The notes: generated by a model from the sequence alone, not told the origin. A stretch of DNA of 64,000 bases from Candidatus Latescibacterota bacterium (GCA_963422735.1 OY730476.1:2592001-2656000); one strand, 5' to 3'; numbered from the stretch's first letter, positions 18,091-28,638 are shown. Program-made: numbers and translations.

Positions 18091-19821
18091 TTACCCCTCG
18101 GACACGGGCAGTACGAGCCGCGAAGGATGCACTGCCGAGTGATGCACGGCGTTGGTTGCCACGACTAGCTCGGTGTCGGCTAGGTCGTTTTTGCCCGTGT
18201 TGTGATTGCGGTCGTGGTTGGGAAAGTCGCTCGATGTGACCTCTAGACGGATGCGGTGGCCCGGCTCAAAGCGGCAGGCCGTCGGCCCCATGCGGATGCG
18301 GAGATCCACCACGTCCCCTGGCGTCAGCCGCTCTTCGACGTCGAGGGAGTTGCGGTGGCGGACGCGCACCATGCCATAGCACATCTCCGGCGCTGGTCTG
18401 CTCGCCATCTCACCGCCTGCGCCAGCCGCGGTCGGGTGCTCGTCCACCAGCCGCGCGAAAAAGTCCGTGTCCGGTGCCGACGAGCTGACGAAGAGCACGG
18501 CTTCTGGATAACCGGCGATCTCCACGGCTGCGCTCAGCGGCTCCGAGCGATAGCAGAGGATGTCGGTGCGCCCTTCGAGTCGGCGGCGGTCCGCCGGCCC
18601 GGTGAACCACTCCCGCGTCCACAGCGTCGGCACGGGATTGCGGGGATCGTAGTCGAAGCGGTCGGCCTCGCTGCCATCCCGCCCGCCAGCGGTCGATAGC
18701 CGACCGGAACCGCCGAACTTGGCGTCTCCATTGCTGCTCAACAGGTACTCACAGGGCGTCGTGCCCGCTGGCGGCCAAGTGTCGGCCGAGCGCCATCGCC
18801 CCTGCCGCCCTCCCATTGCGAAGTAGCGCACCGCTGGCTCGCGGTTGACGCCGTTGTCGATTCCTTTGAGCCAGTGGTTGAACCAGCGGATGATCAGGTC
18901 CGGCAGGTCGAGCTCGGCCTGTGGCCCGAAGTCGAATCCGGCCACTATGCGGCTGCCGAGGCTCGGGTGATTCCACGGGCCGGCGATCAGCTTCGTCTGC
19001 GCCCGCGCTCGCTCGGTGCGACCGTGGCACTGCATTAGCTGAAGATGCCGCATCGAGCCGTTGCAGTGGTCGTACCAGCCGCTAAAGTCGAGATTCGGCA
19101 CTGCTACTTCCTTATGCACCTCGTCGAATTTCCAAGCCCGCCGGTTCGGGTGTTCAAGCCAGTCTTTCGCGTACTCCGCTAGCCTCGGCGGCAGGTGCCG
19201 GGGGAAGTCGAGCCACGGCAGGTAGCCGATCCAGTGCCCCTCGCCGGCGACCTCGTCCCACTCCTGCCGCGCTTGCTCCGGCGCGTGCGGTGGCGGCAGT
19301 CCGTGTCGGCGTCGCAGATCCGGTGCCATAGAGGTGAGCCACCACTTGATGCGCCGCCCCGGCCGAAACCCACCCGGCCAGTCAACCTCGGTCAACTCCA
19401 ACGGGATGGTGTACGCACACATGGCTACCAGATGCGGGGGGCGCAGCTTGGCTAGCTGCCACTGCATCCAAGCGTTGTACGAGGCCCCAAGGGTGCCGAC
19501 CCTGCCGTCGCACCAAGACTGCGCCGCCAGCCACTCCACGGAGTCGTAACCATCCTCAGCGTCGCCCGTGTGCTCCACGGTGAACGGCACCCAGTCGCCC
19601 TCGGAGCCGTAGCGACCGCGCGAGTCCATAGTGGCCACGGCGTACCCAGCGCGCACGTACCGCTCGAATCCAGACTTTGGGCGGTCGTACGGGGTGCGCA
19701 GCAGGATTCCGGGGAACCGGCCGTCGGCGTCGGGGCGAAACACGTGCGCCTCCATGCGTACGCCGTCGCGCATGGGCACTTGGACGTCAGGCTCAGTGAG
19801 GATTCCTAGGGTGCCGCTCAT
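18091..19821 (-). CDS. CocE/NonD family serine hydrolase (peptidase S15)
   Basis: VPMRDGV, RTPY, RGRYGSEG, nucleophile GASY, GWYD, GPWNH, C-terminal GHRIRLEVTSSDFP. Confidence 0.92.
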   Translation of the reverse strand: MSGTLGILTEPDVQVPMRDGVRMEAHVFRPDADGRFPGILLRTPYDRPKSGFERYVRAGYAVATMDSRGRYGSEGDWVPFTVEHTGDAEDGYDSVEWLAAQSWCDGRVGTLGASYNAWMQWQLAKLRPPHLVAMCAYTIPLELTEVDWPGGFRPGRRIKWWLTSMAPDLRRRHGLPPPHAPEQARQEWDEVAGEGHWIGYLPWLDFPRHLPPRLAEYAKDWLEHPNRRAWKFDEVHKEVAVPNLDFSGWYDHCNGSMRHLQLMQCHGRTERARAQTKLIAGPWNHPSLGSRIVAGFDFGPQAELDLPDLIIRWFNHWLKGIDNGVNREPAVRYFAMGGRQGRWRSADTWPPAGTTPCEYLLSSNGDAKFGGSGRLSTAGGRDGSEADRFDYDPRNPVPTLWTREWFTGPADRRRLEGRTDILCYRSEPLSAAVEIAGYPEAVLFVSSSAPDTDFFARLVDEHPTAAGAGGEMASRPAPEMCYGMVRVRHRNSLDVEERLTPGDVVDLRIRMGPTACRFEPGHRIRLEVTSSDFPNHDRNHNTGKNDLADTELVVATNAVHHSAVHPSRLVLPVSEG

Positions 19822-19879
19822 CGCACCGGCTCCATCTATTCTGGATTACTACTATTGAAGACCCTACTATTTGCAAACA

Positions 19880-20788
19880 TAGCAAAGTGCTTCGGCGAGC
19901 GCGAAAGGTTTAGTGGATACACCTTCAGGGCCTTCTTCTTGGGTGCGCTCTTCGCCGCGATTCTCGCCGCAGGGGCCCCTAGTCCTGCGCGGCTCGTATA
20001 TGCCCCAAGATTTTTCTACCCTTGGGGCACTCTTCCTGCTCAGTGCCTTTGCCATTTTCGTGGCTCTGACCCGCATCGTCGCCGAAAGTGGAGTGCCCGA
20101 AGCACGCACTCCGATGATGCCGCAGAGCTTCGTCGCCGCGGGGGTAGGCACGGCCGCAGTCGGCGAAACCGGCATTACCGCTCTCGGCTTCTCCTTTACT
20201 TAGGCCACTGAACTGCGCGTCGTGGTAATGGCTTCGGCCGCCCACGCTCTCAAATTGCTCGACGGCCAGCAGGGACGCCACCGCCCCTTCTTCTGGGTGC
20301 TGATGCTCGCGGTGCTGGTCAGCATGGTTAGCTCGCTGTGGGCGATCCTCGATTTGTCATACCGCTACGGCGGCATCAACCTCAACCGTTGGTTTTTTGG
20401 CGGCGGTGCCCGCGCCCCTTTCGAGAGCTTTGTCGCCCGCCTCTTGCTCAACCCCACCGGGCCTAGCTGGGAAGGCTGGTTTTCCACGGGGATCGGCGCT
20501 GCGATCATGGGCGGCCTGATGCTGGCCCGGCATTACTTGACGTGGTGGCCCCTGCACCCCATTGGCTTCCCCATCGCCGGCCTGTGGCTGATGAGCCACT
20601 CTTGGTTTTCGATCTTTTTGGCGTGGCTTTGCAAGGCCATCGCCCTCAAGTACTGGGGGCCACGCGGCTTCCGCGCCGCCCGCCCTTTCTTCCTGGGGGC
20701 GATCCTCGGCCAGTTTGCCAGCGCCGGAGTCTGGCTGGTCATCGACGCCTGTACCGGTATGACCGACAACCGCATCTTTAGCTGGTGA
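19880..20788 (+). pseudogene. DUF6785/6784 membrane protein pseudogene
   Basis: N-terminal TFRAFFLGA..., frameshift, then LRGSYMPQDFST joined to the late part (LTRIVAESG), implying roughly 1 kb deleted relative to the 15810 paralog. TAG at 20201 where paralogs have Trp; C-terminus WWPLHPIG is intact. Confidence 0.8.
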
Positions 20789-20900
20789 TTGTCAGGGGCG
20801 TTTCCAGCGTTTCCAGCGATAGAGCAAGGCGAAATTGGGAATGGGGCGAATGCCGTCGTCGGACACGAGAAAAATGGCGATGGTGCAGCCCGTGAAACCC

Positions 20901-21617
20901 CTACATGTCGCGCAATAGCACTATAAACAACCCCATGTCCTCCTGTTCGTCGCCGCCTAAATCCACGCTGACTCCTGCGTTTAGCACCGTGCCATCGCCG
21001 AGGCCGATGTCGAGATTCGGCTCTAAGCGGACGCTGAGGTTCTCCTCTAGGTCGGAGGTGTTGGACGCGAGGAGCAAGTCGAGGTACGCGCTTAGTTTTT
21101 CGCTGAATACTTGGGCTGGCTCGAGCAAGAAATCGACGACGAGGCCCTCGTCGGTGTAGCCTTTGAGCGCGGCAACCTGCAGCCGGGTATTGAGGCGGAA
21201 GGCGGAACCGATTCGCGTGGTCTGCATGAAACCAACGGCCAGTCCCGGGTTGGGAATGTCGCCAGCTGGCAGGGCGATGCTGGCGGTCGCCGCGCGGTTG
21301 GAGCCGAGCTGGTACTTGCCGCCGACCACGATCGACGAAAAGTTGGAACTTCCGTCCTTGAAAAAGCCAAAGGTGAGATGCGCACCCGCTTCAAAGCGAG
21401 CGCGGGGATTGAATTTGGCCATGGCCACGATATCGCTTGCGTCCTTGAGATCCTTGATCGTGGATGGGGAGGCGGTCGTGTACACTCCAACATCGACGCT
21501 AGTGTAGCCTGTGCCGCCCGGCAGGACGTAGTAGGGGTCGTAGCTGAGGGGATGTTGGGCATGGACGGCCGTGTCCACTAGCGCGACCATGCCGATCAGT
21601 ACGCAAAGCAGGTGCAT
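20901..21617 (-). CDS. secreted/outer-membrane beta-barrel-like hypothetical protein
   Basis: ATG 21617 with AGGAG RBS; signal peptide (AVHA|Q); amphipathic beta strands. Confidence 0.6.
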   Translation of the reverse strand: MHLLCVLIGMVALVDTAVHAQHPLSYDPYYVLPGGTGYTSVDVGVYTTASPSTIKDLKDASDIVAMAKFNPRARFEAGAHLTFGFFKDGSSNFSSIVVGGKYQLGSNRAATASIALPAGDIPNPGLAVGFMQTTRIGSAFRLNTRLQVAALKGYTDEGLVVDFLLEPAQVFSEKLSAYLDLLLASNTSDLEENLSVRLEPNLDIGLGDGTVLNAGVSVDLGGDEQEDMGLFIVLLRDM

Positions 21618-21645
21618 GAGATCTCCTAAATATTGTGAGGGGGTG

Positions 21646-22596
21646 TCAGAAGCCGCAGCGCTTGCAGGCGCGGAAGAAAGGCTCGGCCATGGCGTAGGCA
21701 CCGCGAAAGACCATGTCGCTGGTGAGGGGATGCACGCAGATCAGGCGCGCGCCGTTGTCGATGGCCTCGACCATGCCGTCTTCGATGTCTTGGGGGTCCT
21801 CCATCGCACCGTGCCCAACGACGCGGCCGGTGTGGACGCCGCGCTCGGCCGCGGCGCGGAAAAGGGCGTTGACCGCGTCGTTGACTTCGGGGAGGTCGCC
21901 CTCGCGCAGGATGGCGTCGAAGGGGCCGACAAAGCCACAGGCCTTGTTGCGCCCTTGGGCAGCCATCAGGTCGAGGACGCGGTCCCGGGTCTCGATGTCG
22001 ATGATGTATTCCTTGGTCTCGAACTGGATCCAGCCTTGGGTCTCGGTCTCGGTACCGCGCAATTCGTCGGGAGTGAACATCATGGTCCGCTCACCGTCGC
22101 GGACTGGATACCCACCGCGGTCGTCCGGGGTGGCTTGGCCGGGGACGGGGAAGTTGATGGCGCGGTAATAGCGCTCGGCCTCCTCGTAAGTGGTGCCATA
22201 GGGACGCATCGTCGCCCGCGCCCCGAGCTGGAAGACGTCGCCGTGTTCGGAGCGGGCCTCGCGGGCTAAACGCTGAACCGGCAGGATGCCATGGCGCGAG
22301 AGGACGGCGTTTTGCTCGCGGCCATACCAGCCTTCCCACTGGCTGTGCTCGGCGTCATTGACCATCCACGACCATCCCGCCTTGGCCCAAGAATGTACCT
22401 CGGCGTCGCGCAGCTTGTGCCATGGCACGTCGTTGAAGCCGCCCAATAGGGGCGGGGTTTTGGCCACGGACGCGTACGAGTCGAGGATTTCCTTGAGCGG
22501 GTTGCGCGCGGGGTTGAGGGCATAATTGTAAGCGCGGCGAGCGAACTCCTCGGCTGCGAGGGGCCGGCTGCCGCCGATGGCTGCGATGGCGTCCAC
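21646..22596 (-). CDS. HpcH/HpaI aldolase-family (pyruvate-kinase-like TIM barrel) protein
   Basis: GWSWMVNDAEH, QFET and FVGPFD motifs; AGGAG RBS before GTG. Confidence 0.7.
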   Translation of the reverse strand: MDAIAAIGGSRPLAAEEFARRAYNYALNPARNPLKEILDSYASVAKTPPLLGGFNDVPWHKLRDAEVHSWAKAGWSWMVNDAEHSQWEGWYGREQNAVLSRHGILPVQRLAREARSEHGDVFQLGARATMRPYGTTYEEAERYYRAINFPVPGQATPDDRGGYPVRDGERTMMFTPDELRGTETETQGWIQFETKEYIIDIETRDRVLDLMAAQGRNKACGFVGPFDAILREGDLPEVNDAVNALFRAAAERGVHTGRVVGHGAMEDPQDIEDGMVEAIDNGARLICVHPLTSDMVFRGAYAMAEPFFRACKRCGF

Positions 22597-22683
22597 TTAG
22601 GTATCTCCTTGTTTCTGGGTCAAATTATGTCGCGTTCCTTCTAAATATAAAGAGCCGCAATGTCCGTTGTAGGTGCTGGCGTC

Positions 22684-23040
22684 CTAGCTGGTCGGGAGCA
22701 TGTCGGCCAGCAGCGTCGCCAAGCCCAAAAACGAAAGGAAGCCCACTATATCGGTCACGGTCGTGAGAATGATCGAGGACGCCTAGCCCAGTTTGGACAG
22801 CACGACCGGAATGGCCAGCCCGTTGAAAACGCCGATTACCAGTTCCTTGACAAGGACGCGAGCCGCGTACGAGCCGCACGAGTCCCCGCATGGTCACGGC
22901 GAGGGTCTGCACACCCGTTAGCTCCCGCATGCTGACGACGCCGACAAGCCGTTGATCGTCAGCTACCACGTAGAGATAGTAGAGAGCGTGATCGGGATTG
23001 CGCTGGAGCCGCGCTAGCACTTGGCAAACCGGCTCCTGCT
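22684..23040 (-). pseudogene. mgtE: MgtE magnesium transporter remnant
   Basis: CBS fragment YYLYVVADDQRLVGVVSMREL, then QTLAVTMRGL, KELVIGVFNG and LG*ASSIILTTVTDIVGFLSFLGLA, spliced by deletions/frameshifts. Confidence 0.8.
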
Positions 23041-23640
23041 CGAATGCGCTGACCCACGTCGTAGGACTTGTTGACATAGTGCATGGCGAGGATGTTGGCG
23101 GTGGTGCTGCGGACATCCAGCCCAAACGCAAAAGCCGCGCCGGCGAGGATCGCGGCGAGCACGATCAAGAAGATGTCCGTCAGCAGCGATACATCCACTC
23201 CGAGTTGCTTGGTTGCCACGAGAATGGCCGCGCCGACGATGAGGCCCCGGACGAGGCGGGCCAATTGCCGCCCCTGATGCGGGCCGTGCTCGTTGCCGCC
23301 TCGCTGACGAGGCGACCTCCGACGACGTCGGCGAATGAGACCGCGACCGCCACGATGACCTTGGGCAGGTAGTGCGCTAGTGCGGCCAGATAGGTGGTCA
23401 AAACCGGGAGGCCGACGACCTCGCTCGTCACCATGACCGCGACCGACAAGACGAGCCAGTAGATACTGCTCGAGACGATGCGCCCGAATCCCTTGTCGGC
23501 TAAGACCTGTTGCCAAGCGGCCTTGGTCGTTGTCGCAGCAATCCGCTTGGAAAAACGCTCGATCACTCGGCATGCGGTCGCGCGGAGCACCCGCGCCACG
23601 AGCCACCCGACAGACAGCACCGACTTGGACAGCACGTGGA
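23041..23640 (-). pseudogene. MscS/CmpX-type small mechanosensitive channel remnant
   Basis: VGWLVAR...YLPKVIVAV, frameshift, QLGVDVSLL...FAFGL...ANILA.HYV.KSYDVGQRIR; truncated and joined to the mgtE remnant. Confidence 0.7.
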
Positions 23641-23713
23641 AGAGATCTCTTTAATGGAACCAAGGACGGCGAGCATCTCAGCGGATGGGCTGGGATCCAT
23701 AAGACCCCTCCAG

Positions 23714-24430
23714 TTACTTTTTTTGCCGGATCACCATCGAGACGATGGCCAGCCAATAGAGGTTCTGCACGACGGCAAAATAATAGACGACCCCCATGAG
23801 GTGGTCAAACACCGCGCCCAACGCGAAAACCATCAGATAGACGTCGATTCCACTACGCAGATAGTTGCGCAGTTTCAGCGGCGGAACGCCCACAAAGCCC
23901 GCCAAGCGACCCATCAGGCCACGGCCCGCGGATTCCGCTAGTTGGCCCTTGCCAAAGGCCGTGGCGTTCATCAGGGTGGCGATGTGGGTCATGGCTAGCG
24001 ACGCGAAGACGACAAACGAGTAGAGATAGGCGTGAGGATAGTCGTTTTGGTGCTCTAATGCCCGTCCCAACGCGAGGCATAGCACCAACTCGGCGATGCG
24101 GTCGAGCAGGCCGTCGAACCAAGCGCCAAACGGTGAGCTAAGGCCGCGCAAACGAGCGAGTTCGCCGTCGCAGCAATCGAGCGTAAAGGACAGTTGGATG
24201 AGTAGGCCAGCCCCGATGAGGGCGATGCGCTCGCCCGTGGAGAGTAAATACGCACCGGGTAGGAGGACGAGAAAGGAAAGGACCGTCACGTGGTTGGGGG
24301 TGAGTGGGGTGCGGACCAACAAGCGGGTGAGCAGGGTGGAGAGACGGCGGTTGAACAGGACTTCGACTGGCCCCATGACCGCGGGTTTGCTGGCCTTGAA
24401 GTCCGCAGCCGTGTACGGGAGTTTACGCAC
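23714..24430 (-). CDS. CDP-alcohol phosphatidyltransferase family protein
   Basis: TPNHVT and signature DCCDGELARLRGLSSPFGAWFDGLLD; GTG 24430 has an AGGAG RBS. Confidence 0.9.
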   Translation of the reverse strand: MRKLPYTAADFKASKPAVMGPVEVLFNRRLSTLLTRLLVRTPLTPNHVTVLSFLVLLPGAYLLSTGERIALIGAGLLIQLSFTLDCCDGELARLRGLSSPFGAWFDGLLDRIAELVLCLALGRALEHQNDYPHAYLYSFVVFASLAMTHIATLMNATAFGKGQLAESAGRGLMGRLAGFVGVPPLKLRNYLRSGIDVYLMVFALGAVFDHLMGVVYYFAVVQNLYWLAIVSMVIRQKK

Positions 24431-24583
24431 GGGTGCTCCTATATAGTCCAATTTTTCGGATGCGCTTAGCGAGATAAGTAATGTTGTTCTGCGACCTTAT
24501 TGCCCTTGGACAACCGCGGGCGCAACGGCAGTCGGCTGGCTTTCCATTGAAATAGTGGTAAAAGACGGTCCAGTCGAGCATGG

Positions 24584-25882
24584 CTACTCGCGGAAGGGAA
24601 TCAGGCGCAGGACCTGCTCAATGGACATGCATAGCTCTTCCGCTTCATAGGCCCGTTGGTGCAGAAGAATGGACTCCGCGGTTTTGAGCATGGCCGGATA
24701 GGCACTGCGCAGCAAGTGGTTGGCGTAGAGGACCACCTGCACACCGGCATCGATGAGCTGTTGTTCGGTCACCTGACTGAAGGTCGAAGGCATCACGACC
24801 AAGGGGACGCGGGAGGGCAACTTGGCGTATTCGTCGCAGAAGGAGAGGATTTCGCACGGGGTCTTTTCTCGACTGTGGATCAGGAGGCCGTCGGCCCCGC
24901 TGCCGATGTACGCGTGTGCGCGCTCGATGGCATCGCGCACGTATTTGCCGGCGAGAAAGGACTCAATGCGCGCCACGATCATAAAATCGTCGGCTATTTG
25001 GGCCTTTTTGCCGCGCTCGATTTTGTAGGCAAAGGCATCGGCATCCTCTTGGTGCTGTGCGGCCACCGCGCCGGATAGAGAATTCCCCTTGGGATTCATT
25101 CTGTCTTCTACGACAATGGCCGAAACGCCGATCCGCTCCAGCGTGCGCACCGCTAAGACAAAATGCTCGACCAAGCCGCCGGAATCGCCATCGAGGATGA
25201 GCGGCTTGTTGGTGACGTCCAAAATTTCCTGCACCGTGGCCATGCGCGAGGTGAGATCGATGTATTCGATGTCGGGCTTGCCCTTGGCCGTGGAGTCGGT
25301 GAGGCTGCCGACCCATATGGCGTCGAATTCCCGCGTTTGGCCGTCCGCTTCCACTTGCGCGTTCTCGACGATCCGCCCAGTGAGGCCACTGTGCGCTTCG
25401 AGCGCGGTCACCAGCGGCTTGGCGGCCAGCAACCGGCGCAACCGCTGGCGGCGGACATCGGGCGTAAAGCCCACTTCGCGGAGGGCCGCATTCAGCCGCG
25501 TTGAGGAAATGCCCGGAGTGTACGCCGGCTCGACCACTTCTCCGCCCCACTCTTTGAGCGCTTCGATGACGCGCTGCCGCGCCTCCCGCTGAACGCCGGT
25601 GCGCCAGTCGTCGCCGTGGACGAAGTAGCGCGGCCGCAGGCGGCGCACGTTGGACACGTAGTCGAGCGTCGTCTGGGGGATTACCTCGCTTACCCCCTTG
25701 ATGCTTTCGACGATAGCCTTGCGCTGCTCGTAGTTCAGATAGGGCAGGCGCTTGTAGCTGACCATGGCCTCGTCGGTCATCAGGCCAATGGTAATTTCTC
25801 CCAATTCTCGCGCGACGCGGATGATGTTTAGATGCCCTTGGTGGAGCAAATCCACGCACATAGGTACATATACTCTAGGCAT
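24584..25882 (-). CDS. pepM: bifunctional cytidylyltransferase / phosphoenolpyruvate mutase (AepX/Fom1-like)
   Basis: N-terminal DLLHQGH...HGDDW (CTP transferase); [36 protein letters not shown] and IHS (PEP mutase). Confidence 0.9.
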   Translation of the reverse strand: MPRVYVPMCVDLLHQGHLNIIRVARELGEITIGLMTDEAMVSYKRLPYLNYEQRKAIVESIKGVSEVIPQTTLDYVSNVRRLRPRYFVHGDDWRTGVQREARQRVIEALKEWGGEVVEPAYTPGISSTRLNAALREVGFTPDVRRQRLRRLLAAKPLVTALEAHSGLTGRIVENAQVEADGQTREFDAIWVGSLTDSTAKGKPDIEYIDLTSRMATVQEILDVTNKPLILDGDSGGLVEHFVLAVRTLERIGVSAIVVEDRMNPKGNSLSGAVAAQHQEDADAFAYKIERGKKAQIADDFMIVARIESFLAGKYVRDAIERAHAYIGSGADGLLIHSREKTPCEILSFCDEYAKLPSRVPLVVMPSTFSQVTEQQLIDAGVQVVLYANHLLRSAYPAMLKTAESILLHQRAYEAEELCMSIEQVLRLIPFRE

Positions 25883-26004
25883 TTAATGGCTACCGGGGTT
25901 GAGGGGTCAGATCGTGCGGCTCTAAAAAGTACAGGCAGAACTGAGACGCGGCAATGGACCGCACTGCGGTTGTCTCCACCGGGGCCAGCGGCTATTTTCC
26001 GGCT

Positions 26005-27948
26005 ATGCACAAGGAGCGAACTGGCTTGGAAGTGACGCGGCGCGCCCTAGTACTGGGCGCGGGAGCAGCTCTCTTCCTGAATCTGGCCTGTCCCTACTCA
26101 GTACTCGTCCTGCAAAACGCCGGCCTGACTTCGGATTACCTCGCGGCCGGCGCGATGATGGTCTTCCTGCTGCTGGTGGGCTTAATCAATCCCCTGTTAA
26201 AGGTCGCGTTTAGGGCTTGGGCATTGCGCACGAACGAGCTAGTGGTCGTGTACGCGATGATGGTCGTGGCGTCGGCGATTCCCACTTGGGGACTGGTGAC
26301 CAACCTGTGCCACATCCTAACCCGCCCTTTTTACTACGCCACGCCAGAAAACCGCTGGGCCGAGCTGATTCAACCGCTGATTCCCTCTTGGCTGGCGCCG
26401 CACGAAGCCGAAGTAGCGCGCTTCTTTTACGAAGGGATCCCCGAGGGGATGAGCATTCCGTGGGGTGCTTGGCTGGTGCCGCTGGTGGCTTGGGGCAGCG
26501 CGATGCTGGCGATCTACTTGCTGATGATAGCTACCATGGTCGTCTTCAGGCGGCCTTGGGTCGAACAGGAGCGGTTGGTCTTCCCGCTGGCGCAGGTGCC
26601 CTTGGAGATGCTACGCGGCAACGACGAGGGCATTTTCCCGCAGTTGTTTCGCAACCCGTTGATGTGGGTCGGGTTTTCGTTGCCCTTTGCCATCCAACTG
26701 CTGGACGGGCTAAACCACTACTTCTTTTACGTGCCCGAGGTGCGGCTGGTGTTCGACCCGCTGATGCTGTTCCGCGACAGCGTGCGGCTGCACATCTTCG
26801 TCAATTTCGCCATCATTGGAGTGGCGTATTTCCTCAATCTCAACGTGGCCTTCTCGGTGTGGTTTTTCCACTTGTTGAGCCGCTGCCAGACTGGGGTTTT
26901 CAACGTCATTGGCTTTCAGATCAAAGGGCACAACGAGGCGTTGACGGGTTCTTCGATAGCCCTGTCGCATCAGGGGATGGGGGCGATGCTGGTGCTGGTG
27001 GGGGCGATCCTGTGGACGGCGCGGCGCCACTTGCGCCAAGTGTTCAGCGCGGCCTTTAGGCGCGGGGTGCAAGCCGACGATGGCGATGAGATTCTCTCCT
27101 ACCGGGCGGCCGTGTGGCTGTGGATCGCCTGCGCGGCCTACTTCCTCGGCTGGCTACTGCTGAGCGGGGTGCCGCCGGTGGCGGCCGTGGTGTTTTTCTG
27201 CGGGGCGTTTGCCATTTTCTTGGCCATTGCGCGGGTCATTGCCCAAGGCGGCGTGGGCTTTACTTCTTCGACCATGCTGCCGCAGCCCTTTGCGGTCTAT
27301 ACCTTGGGTACGGACGCCATCGGCTGGAAGGGGCTGGCGTCAATTAGCCTGAGCTATTCGTGGGCCGCTGAGATGCGCACTACGGTCATGGCTTCAACTG
27401 CCAACGCGCTCAAGCTGGCGCACGGGCACGGAGCGCATCACCGCCGCCTGTTCTGGGGGCTGGTTATCGCGGTCGTCGTCGGCATGATGGGTGCCTTCTG
27501 GATCACCCTCTATTTGAACTACACGCACGGCGGGATCAACCTCCGCCAGTTCGGGGTGCCGACGCTGGCCTATCGCTTCTTGGAGGACAAGATCCACAAT
27601 CCCGTCGGCTGGGATCACATCCGCCCGCGGTTGCTGTTTACGGGCGTGGGTGCGGCCTTGATGGGCGCGCTGATTTACATGCAGCACCACTTCCCGTGGT
27701 GGCCGCTGCACTACATCGGCCTGCCGGTGAGCGACAGTTGGGTCATGGGCGTGGCGTGGTTTTCGGTATTTTTGGGCTGGCTGTGCAAGGCCGTGATATT
27801 CAAATTCGCCGGTACGCGCGGCTACCGCACGTACAAGCCGCTCTTCGCCGGGTTGATCGCCGGACAGCTCCTAGGCGCGGCCGCGTGGATGGTGATCGAC
27901 TTTTGCCTCGGGGAGGTGGGGAATGTGGTGTACGTGGGGGTGCGGTGA
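26005..27948 (+). CDS. DUF6785/DUF6784-type membrane protein
   Basis: YYATPENRW, WVEQERLVFPL, WWPLHYIG; clear paralog of the 15810 gene. Start uncertain (25954/26005/26026). Confidence 0.75.
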   Translation: MHKERTGLEVTRRALVLGAGAALFLNLACPYSVLVLQNAGLTSDYLAAGAMMVFLLLVGLINPLLKVAFRAWALRTNELVVVYAMMVVASAIPTWGLVTNLCHILTRPFYYATPENRWAELIQPLIPSWLAPHEAEVARFFYEGIPEGMSIPWGAWLVPLVAWGSAMLAIYLLMIATMVVFRRPWVEQERLVFPLAQVPLEMLRGNDEGIFPQLFRNPLMWVGFSLPFAIQLLDGLNHYFFYVPEVRLVFDPLMLFRDSVRLHIFVNFAIIGVAYFLNLNVAFSVWFFHLLSRCQTGVFNVIGFQIKGHNEALTGSSIALSHQGMGAMLVLVGAILWTARRHLRQVFSAAFRRGVQADDGDEILSYRAAVWLWIACAAYFLGWLLLSGVPPVAAVVFFCGAFAIFLAIARVIAQGGVGFTSSTMLPQPFAVYTLGTDAIGWKGLASISLSYSWAAEMRTTVMASTANALKLAHGHGAHHRRLFWGLVIAVVVGMMGAFWITLYLNYTHGGINLRQFGVPTLAYRFLEDKIHNPVGWDHIRPRLLFTGVGAALMGALIYMQHHFPWWPLHYIGLPVSDSWVMGVAWFSVFLGWLCKAVIFKFAGTRGYRTYKPLFAGLIAGQLLGAAAWMVIDFCLGEVGNVVYVGVR

Positions 27949-27960
27949 AGCGATCGCGGC

Positions 27961-28638
27961 TCAGACGATTTGGATGCCCCATTCATCACATCGCGCTTTC
28001 ACGGTATCGGCAGGTTCCAAGCTGATGAGGGCCCCCTCGACCGCTTTGTCGGGATGCTGCCGCCGCATCAACTCCACCTTGTCGGCAAACCGATCCACCT
28101 CTTCGACCTTACAGGCGGCCGACTTGACCTCAAAGACCAACAGCGAGCTGTCGTCGATCAGAATATCGACTTCGTAGGTTCGTCCCGCCGGGCCCACTAC
28201 TCCCTCCACATCCGCTAGCTTCTGTCGCAGCCGCACGTTGTCTGCGGACACATCTTGCCGCTTCAGGCCAAAGCGCAACACCTCGGCGACCATGTTTTCG
28301 AGCTTCCTTCCCGCCCGCCGCTGGAACCCCCCGACAGTCAAATCGACCTTAGCGTCTGTATAGGCTATCTGCTGGCTTATCTGTTCAAAGCGCTCGTCAA
28401 TTTTTTCAAAGCGCTCGTCAATTTTTTCAAAGCGCTCGTTGACCTCCGAGCGGAACTGACCAAACTCGCCGCGGAAGGCATGCAACTCAGCGAGCACTGC
28501 GGCCACTTCCTTTTTGGTGGCAAACGCTTCGATGAACGCCGTATAGGCGCGCTGCTCCAGCTCTGGGTGGCGCTTGAGCAGTGCCGGCAACTGCCTTTCG
28601 AGCGTCTCCAATAATTCTTCGTCGGTTAAAAGGGCCAT
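27961..28638 (-). CDS. coiled-coil + PD-(D/E)xK (DUF3782-like) nuclease-fold protein
   Basis: Heptad repeats ERFEKID; EVDILI...FEVKS motif. Confidence 0.7.
   Translation of the reverse strand: MALLTDEELLETLERQLPALLKRHPELEQRAYTAFIEAFATKKEVAAVLAELHAFRGEFGQFRSEVNERFEKIDERFEKIDERFEQISQQIAYTDAKVDLTVGGFQRRAGRKLENMVAEVLRFGLKRQDVSADNVRLRQKLADVEGVVGPAGRTYEVDILIDDSSLLVFEVKSAACKVEEVDRFADKVELMRRQHPDKAVEGALISLEPADTVKARCDEWGIQIV
28384..28439. repeat. 21-bp coding tandem repeat (about 2.7 copies)
   Basis: TTCAAAGCGCTCGTCAATTTT repeated; encodes the ERFEKID heptads. Confidence 0.9.
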
